This document shows positions 56,749 through 64,000 of a stretch of DNA of 64,000 nt, piece by piece. The notes under the pieces are model-generated. The model ran no database searches. It was given only the letters and a program-made list of their open reading frames with translations, and had not been told where the DNA came from. Position 1 is the first letter of the stretch. Each line of letters starts with the position of its first letter. Location of the stretch: NCBI GenBank assembly GCA_030141605.1, contig JAQGDQ010000735.1, forward strand, positions 41,196-105,195. The letters run 5' to 3'. This stretch comes from Tubiluchus corallicola (lineage: Eukaryota; Animalia; Priapulida). The position numbers and the translations under genes were made by a program.

Positions 56749-56900
56749 AGTTTACAATTCCCCAAACAATTTAAAAAGTATAACATGCCCTAACTCTAAC
56801 TCCAGCCCTAACCCTAACTCTAATCCCGACTAACCCTAACCCAACCCTAATCCTAATCCGCTTTAAGAACTAATTTCTTGTGTGTAGGGAATTGTAAACT
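56749..56900. mobile_element. Short inverted-repeat element with internal telomere-like (TAACCC)n, copy 2
   Basis: AGTTTACAATTCCC / GGGAATTGTAAACT inverted repeat. It shares the internal CTAATCCGCTT...GAACTAATTT...TGTGTAGGGAATTG block with copy 1. Confidence 0.8.
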
Positions 56901-58125
56901 TTAGCAAAAATTCTTATAAAATCCTTTATAGCTCTTTTTAATAAATTTGAATACGCATCTGTATGCAGGATTTCATACACAACATGTTGTTACTTATTGT
57001 TAATATGCTTATTTGTTATTAAACCAAGGCATTTTATTATCCAGTAATAAAAACTAATCCTATCGCAATTTGAACTTGAACTCCTTACAACCATAAATAT
57101 ACCATGAAGGAATGATCATCTCAGTCAAAGATGCCTCGAAGGTGTGCAAATTTATTTCGCTGTCACGTTATATTGAATATTTGTAAGTCAAATTAACAAG
57201 CAAAAATGGAAAACAAGACAACCATTAAATTTTACTGGAGTTTTTTTGTGTGTAATGGAGACAAATTTACGGGCACGAAATTCTTGAATAACATAGCATG
57301 TTGCTAAATACGTGCAGAAACTACATAACTGAAGGAGTCAAACGGAAGTTGCACACATCGTGAAAAAGGACAAAATGTAACCAAGTGCACCAACTACAGC
57401 AATTATATTGTACTAATTGACATTATCTCAATGGCATGATCACAATTAATGGTGTTACAAAGCTAATATACCATGATCACATGATTAGCGATAATTGTAA
57501 AGGTGATGTTGATATTTTAAATCAATTGCGCCTGTTTTATATTAGATCTAACATTCTTTGCTGAAATTTTAGTTTTTGCTCTATTGATGTCAATCGTGTT
57601 ATGTTCAAACCTTGTTATACATCTTTTTACTGTTCTAACCTCTGGATCACTTTTAATATTGGTACTATTAGAAAATTAAAAGTTGCCTACTATTTTGTAT
57701 TGACGAAAGTTTTTACTTACTGAGAGGCAAAACGATATCTGGAATATGTGCAGAGAATTTCTGCAATCATTTTAAATACAAAAAAATACTTTTAGCTTTC
57801 GATAGAGGGGGTTTTAAATTCAAACAATGAAGTAATACGCAGTTTTGTTCTTAATACTGATGTTATTTAAAGTTCGAAAATATTTGCCCATTGAGAATAT
57901 ACAGTTAATAACCTTTTTTTAAATATTGAGCTTACTAATCAGCTGTTCCTTGTGTAATCATTGATTTTATTTGTCGTGTAGTAATATTTTTAAATAGTGA
58001 ATTTTAATTTAGTTTTATTTACTGTTTTATGAAACTTGACATGTACCGAATAAACGTGAAGTAAAATAAATAAAACCACAATAAATAAATTTTATGGAAC
58101 GAATTTTGGACTATTTTGACCACTT

Positions 58126-58206
58126 GGGAATGCGATGGCTAGTGGTTTAAGGCGTCTGCAGTGTAAGCAGAAGGTCTCGGGTTCAAATCCAGACTACATT
58201 TTTTTT
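58126..58206 (+). pseudogene. tRNA-like element (SINE head or tRNA pseudogene)
   Basis: A box TGGCTAGTGG, perfect stem TCTGC-AGTGTAA-GCAGA, B box GGTTCAAATCC, then a T8 run. The acceptor stem does not pair. Confidence 0.65.
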
Positions 58207-59221
58207 AATTTGATGTTAAGACGTATTATATAGCCTAGGTAGTAGAATCCAGAGTGCTTCGTCATCTCACTGAGCTGAATCTTCACAAGCCGCTCTTCCT
58301 ATCCTTCATGGAACTTCTTTTATCCATCACTTCTATCCTTGTTTTGCACAACCAACTTTTTTTCTTTTTAAATTGCCCAAAACCGTCGTTTTTTGTTTTT
58401 TCAATTATTATTTGAATGTGTTTATCTACCGTGTTAGCACCTAGCAAATTTTACTTCTGGTTCTTCCCATTTATTATATGCATGCTGTCAAAAAAGCCTA
58501 TCATATCAAAATTAAATCAATATTTTTATCAATTGTCTATTTTTCTCATTGTTTCTATATATTGTATTTGTATTTGCAGTTCCAAATAAATTAATAAATT
58601 GAATTGATCGGATTGTTATTTAAAGTTTATAGAATAGACCTAAATTCGAACTTGGCGAATATAATAGTGTCAATATATTGGAAAAAATAGCTCTGCTCTA
58701 AAAAATTGCAAGAAAACGTTTTTTGGTGTTTTTTTTGTAGTATTTAATGCAGGAATAACATATCAAAATTAAGCCGAAATTTGAGCATTACAAAGGGCAT
58801 AATTATGACGTCAAAAAGATGGCCGTAATTTGACCAAAATGAATGGATAATAGAACGAGCAAAAGTCCAAGACTCTAACACTTGTGCAACAGATCTTCGT
58901 GTAGAGTCTCACACTATGCCACTCATGCTGTGGGCGCCTCACCTGAACTTCAGGTATATGGATATATACCGGGATTTACACACCGTAGTAGTATTTCAGC
59001 GTAGCTTTTATTGTAGTATTTTACTATAGTGTGATGTAATGTTTTTTATGTTTTTATATGGATTTTTGTGCCGAAATAAATTAATCTAAATCATGATTAC
59101 AAGATAAATTGAACGGGTCAATTACAGACTTTAAAACCTGTAACGACAGATCCTAACTTTATCTAATTTAACCAGAGTGAGGCTTTCTGAGAATGTAAGT
59201 GGATTTTGTAAAAATTATCAT

Positions 59222-59502
59222 CAACTTTTTGTTTGGCTCTTTTAATTGAAAATTTTAAGTGATAATTGGCTTCATGAAAAAAATATAGAGTCAGAAACGC
59301 ACTAGATTCCTTTTCAAAAGAGACAACTTTTTGTTTGGCCCTTTTAATTGAAAATTTTAAGTGATAATTGGCTTCATGAAAAAATGGAGAGTCAGAAACG
59401 CACTGTTTTTTGGGTTTTTTGTTTGGTTTTTTTGTTTTTTTGTTTGGTTCGAAAAAATGGAGAGTCACAAACACACTTGATTGCTTTTCAAAAGAGAACA
59501 AC
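59222..59502. repeat. 102-bp minisatellite, disrupted paralogous copy
   Basis: Units start at 59222 and 59324. The unit 2/3 boundary is replaced by T/G-rich filler at 59405-59449. Confidence 0.9.
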
Positions 59503-61499
59503 TTTTTTTAGCTAAACAATTCTTTTAGAAATACTTCACTTTTGAGATGTGCGAGCTTTCATAAAATTGGAAAAATTCAACGCGTTTTGGAGGGACCACA
59601 CCACAAGATGATACTTAGATGTACCAAAGTATTAAGGGAAGTAGTGGATGTATAGTGTCGTATCAACATAGCTTTCGTTTTTATTCTTATAAAATTAATT
59701 GAATTTGCTTTGAAGAAATTATTGTAAAGCACATGTATTGGCTTATACAACGCTGCATCTTTTCATTAATTCCAAATCTAATTGTAAAGTCCAGCAGCGG
59801 TGACATAGCATTTTTAAATCTACTGATAAATTAAGGCATGTGGAAGTATTGCTATGGGCATTCAAGCCTAGCTGATTTTATCTAGTTAAAGTACTGGACA
59901 TGAGAGCATAGACCTCGTCCTATGACTGTTCGTTCAACTTAGATTCACACCCATTTCTAGGAAGCTTAAAGTCATCTATAAAGTTGCGTAATCATCACAC
60001 TCAGCAGCAGGGTTGCCAGCTTTACAAACTCTCTCGTAACTCGGACATAAATCTCTGAGAATTTGCCTAAAAATGTCATCTTCTATATACTATAAACTGA
60101 AGCACTTTAATGCGACTCACAAATTTTATTTCTTCCACGTACATCACTACTCAATTTTATAATAAAAATCAGCACTAGAATGCTGTAAAAGGCAGCATTA
60201 TTTTGATACTGCAGAACATCATACGATCCAGGTCCGACTTCGCTCCAAGCCATCGGGTGACCTAAAAATAGATTAAATTTATCAGAAAAAAAATTTATAC
60301 CAGTCTAGCGAAATAAAAATGTATGCCATCACAATTCGACCAATATTTATTTCAAGCAACTATTTACCTTTCCCTAACTAATCTTTTACAAACAGTGAAG
60401 ACCAAAATAGATAAAAAATTTGTTTCATCACATTTTACAGGAAAAGCAATTACACATGAACAGCTGCAAAAATAATAGCTTAGCGCCATTTTTTATAAAT
60501 CATTTGCAAAGTTTTATAAATAATCACTGATTTTCACTCAGTAATTAAAAATTCAAAATTTCTACTTGTCACTACAAGAATTATAGGTCTACATACGCCT
60601 ATATGCATAGGCGGTTAGTTAAAACACGTAGCTAATGTGGTGTAGGCCTTCTTTTGTTGACTTTCTACTAATTAAAATGAGTAATATTTTCAGAAATGGC
60701 TGGTGCGGATTGCATTTCGAAATATCTTCGCCAGATAGCACGATTCACTAGCGATCGACGACGATAAGAACGAGACTGACGGCAACGATGACGATGTCGA
60801 TGATGAAGAAAAATATACTGCTGCAATATGTTGCTGATTATTAACTAATGTAACAGACAGAAGTGGCAAATTTGTAAACAACTTATAGGACTTTCGTGTG
60901 TCCTCGTCAAAGATCATTAACTAACCGACCAGCCACACAATAAATTTAAAATTAAAAAAACAAGCAGGTAGGCATACAAATAGAAGGTTATTAGCGTAAT
61001 TACTTTTCTTTGCAAGTATTTTTCTTTACGCACTGCACAAATTTTAGTCAAACCGGGTCGTTTGGGTCACGGGTTTTGTCTGGTGAGATCCCATGATCAA
61101 GTTCCAGCAATGACCCATAGTGGACAGAAACCATAAGCCAACTTACAAACGTTACCATTAAAACAATTTAAAAGCGGAAAGGATGATAGTCGAGTATTAG
61201 GGCACCGGTCTGGTTACAAAATATTAACTTATACACCAGCGTTGGGTGCACTTCAGCATGCAACGGAGAATCCAGATCGATACCCGCGTACAATTTTTTT
61301 AAGAGTGGAGTAAAAAATACATAAACCCATGAGATCAATCATCCAGTTGCTAACCAGACACGGCGCTATTTAACTTTGGTAGACCCACACCGTGTTCACT
61401 CACCTAGTCCCTCCAAATTTATGCAAATCCAAAGTTTCGTCGAAGTTAAACGCTAGCTTAAACAAATTTTATTAAAACGACAAAAAATGATTCACCCTA

Positions 61500-62639
61500 A
61501 ATTTTTACAAAATCCACTTACATTCTCAGAAAGCCTCACTCTGGTTAAATTAGATAAAGTTAGGATCTGTCGTTACAGGTTTTAAGTCTGTAATTGACCC
61601 GTTCAATTTATCTTGTAATCATGATTTAGATTAATTTATTTCGGCACAAAAATCCGTATAAAAACATAAAAAACATTACATCACGCTATAGTAAAATACT
61701 ACAATAAAAGCTACGCTGAAATACTACTACGGTGTGTAAATCCCGGTATATATCCATATACCTGAAGTTCAGGTGAGGCGCCCACAGCATGAGTGGCATA
61801 GTGTGAGACTCTACACGAAGATCTGTTGCACAAGTGTTAGAGTCTTGGGCTTTTGCTCGTTCTATTATCCATTCATTTTGGTCAAATTACGGCCATCTTT
61901 TTGACGTCATAATTATGCCCTTTGTAATGCTCAAATTTCGGCTTAATTTTGATATGTTATTCCTGCATTAAATACTACGAAAAAAAACACCAAAAAACGT
62001 TTTCTTGCAATTTTTTAGAGCAGAGCTATTTTTTCAAATATATTGACACTATTATATTCGCCAAGTTCGAATTTAGGTCTATTCTATAAACTTTAAATAA
62101 CAATCCGATCAATTCAATTTATTAATTTATTTGGAACTGCAAATACAAATACAATATATAGAAACAATGAGAAAAATAGACAATTGATAAAAATATTGAT
62201 TTAATTTTGATATGATAGGCTTTTTTGACTGCATGCATATAATAAATGGCAAGAACCAGAAGTAAAATTTGCTAGGTGCTAACACGGTAGACAAACACAT
62301 TCAAATAATAATTGAAAAAACAAAAAACGACGGTTTTGGGCAATTTAAAAAGAAAAAAAGTTGGTTGTGCAAAACAAGGATAGAAGTGATGGATAAAAGA
62401 AGTTCCATGAAGGATAGGAAGAGCGGCTTGTGAAGATTCAGCTCAGTGAGATGACGAAGCACTCTGGATTCTACTACCTAGGCTATATAATACGTCTTAA
62501 CATCAAATTAAAAAAAATGTAGTCTGGATTTGAACCCGAGACCTTCTGCTTACACTGCAGACGCCTTAAACCACTAGCCATCGCATTCCCAAGTGGTCAA
62601 AATAGTCCAAAATTCGTTCCATAAAATTTATTTATTGTG
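61500..62639 (-). repeat. 1140-bp inverted copy of 58077-59216
   Basis: Reverse-complement match readable end to end, with only scattered substitutions and 1-bp indels. Confidence 0.97.
62510..62590 (-). pseudogene. Inverted duplicate of the tRNA-like element at 58126
   Basis: Reverse complement of 58126-58206 within the inverted duplication. Confidence 0.65.
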
Positions 62640-64000
62640 TTTTTTTTCGTAGTATTTAATGCAGGAATAACATATCAAAATTAAGCCGAAATTTGAGCAT
62701 TACAAAGGGCATAATTATGACGTCAAAAAGATGGCCGTAATTTGACCAAAATGAATGGATAATAGAACGAGCAAAAGCCCAAGACTCTAACACTTGTGCA
62801 ACAGATCTTCGTGTAGAGTCTCACACTATGCCACTCATGCTGTGGGCGCCTCACCTGAACTTCAGGTATATGGATATATACCGGGATTTACACACCGTAG
62901 TAGTATTTCAGCGTAGCTTTTATTGTAGTATTTTACTATAGCGTGATGTAATGTTTTTTATGTTTTTATACGGATTTTTGTGCCGAAATAATTTAATCTA
63001 AATCATGATTACAAGATAAATTGAGCGGGTCAATTACAGACTTAGAACCTGTAACGACAGATCCTAACTTTATCTAATTTAACCAGAGTGAGGCTTTCTG
63101 AGAATGTAAGTGGATTTTGTAAAAATTATCATCAACTTTTTGTTTGGCTCTTTCAATTGAAAATTTTAAGTGATAATTGGCTTCACGAAAAAATGGAGAG
63201 TCAGAAACGCACTAGATTCCTTTTCAAAAGAGGACAACTTTTTGTTTGGCTCTTTCAATTGAAAATTTTAAGTGATAATTGGCTTCATGAAAAAATGGAG
63301 AGTCAGAAACGCACTAGATTCCTTTTCAAAAGAGGATAACTTTTTGTTTGGCTCTTTTAATTGAAATTTTTAATTGATAATTGGCTTCACGAAAAAATGG
63401 AGAGTCACAAACACACTTGATTGCTTTTCAGAAGAGAACAACTTTTTTTAGCTAAACAATTCTTTTAGAAATACTTCACTTTTGAGTTGTGCGAGTTTTC
63501 ATAAAATTGGAAAAATTCAACGCGTTTTGGAGGTACCACACCACAAGATGATACTTAGATGTACCAAAATGTTAAGGGAAGTAGTGGATGTATAGTGTCG
63601 TATCAATATAGCTTTCGTTTTTATTCTTATAAAATTAATTGAATTTGCTTTGAAGAAATTATTGTAAAGCACATGTATGGGCTTATACAACGCTGCATCT
63701 TTTCGTTAATTCCAAATCTAATTGTAAAGTCCAGCAGCGGTGACATATCATTTTTAAATCTACTGATAAATTAAGGCATGTGGAAGTATTGCTATGGGCA
63801 TTCAAGCCTAGCTGATTTTATCTAGTTAAAGTACTGGACATGAGAGCATAGACCTCGTCCTATGACTGTTCGTTCAACTTAGATTCACACCCATTTCTAG
63901 GAAGCTTAAAGTCATCTATAAAGTTGCGTAATCATCACACTCAGCAGCAGGGTTGCCAGCTTTACAAACTCTCTCGTAACTCGGACATAAATCTCTGAGA
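62637..64000 (+). repeat. Direct copy of 58726-60060, running off the window edge
   Basis: Colinear match that starts exactly where the inverted copy ends. The last bases ATCTCTGAGA equal 60051-60060. Confidence 0.97.
63133..63438. repeat. 102-bp minisatellite, 3 units
   Basis: Unit starts at 63133, 63235 and 63337, with a fourth partial start at 63439. Confidence 0.95.

Noticed and set aside
58126-58206. Functional tRNA-Thr(TGT) gene
   Set aside because: No acceptor-stem pairing, a non-canonical anticodon loop (AG before the anticodon) and a T-stem mismatch.
58077-62639. Large foldback or TIR transposon with 1.14-kb terminal repeats
   Set aside because: No transposase in the 2.3-kb interior and no TSD. 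The right arm is fused directly to a direct duplicate that extends into the interior sequence, which fits template switching better.
63088-63339. ORF with a 34-aa tandem repeat (also 59163..59501)
   Set aside because: Reflects the 102-bp minisatellite; the frame is not kept in the paralogous copy.
59222-63438. 102-bp repeats as a CRISPR-like array
   Set aside because: Head-to-tail units with no unique spacers, no cas genes and a eukaryotic context.

Overview
AT-rich, intron-containing animal genomic DNA, probably an invertebrate; the taxon cannot be fixed from sequence alone. The left 13 kb holds the 5' part of a minus-strand castor/CASZ1 zinc-finger transcription factor gene. I assembled ten GT-AG coding exons by hand: 13245-12129, 11621-11510, 8990-8903, 8246-8082, 6266-6050, 5449-5312, 4719-4200, 3566-3444, 1570-1438 and 850-20. 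They join in phase into 3444 nt (1148 codons) encoding eight castor-type double zinc fingers, and the gene continues past position 1. The ~50 kb upstream has no convincing host coding exon. It contains candidate CCAAT/RFX promoters, microsatellites, tRNA- and 5S-related SINEs, MITEs (one family carrying telomere-like repeats) and decayed LINE ends. The right end (58077-64000) is a young complex rearrangement with a duplication / inverted triplication / duplication pattern. I found no new multi-gene system. The best leads are that rearrangement and the regulatory and protein-motif features of castor.
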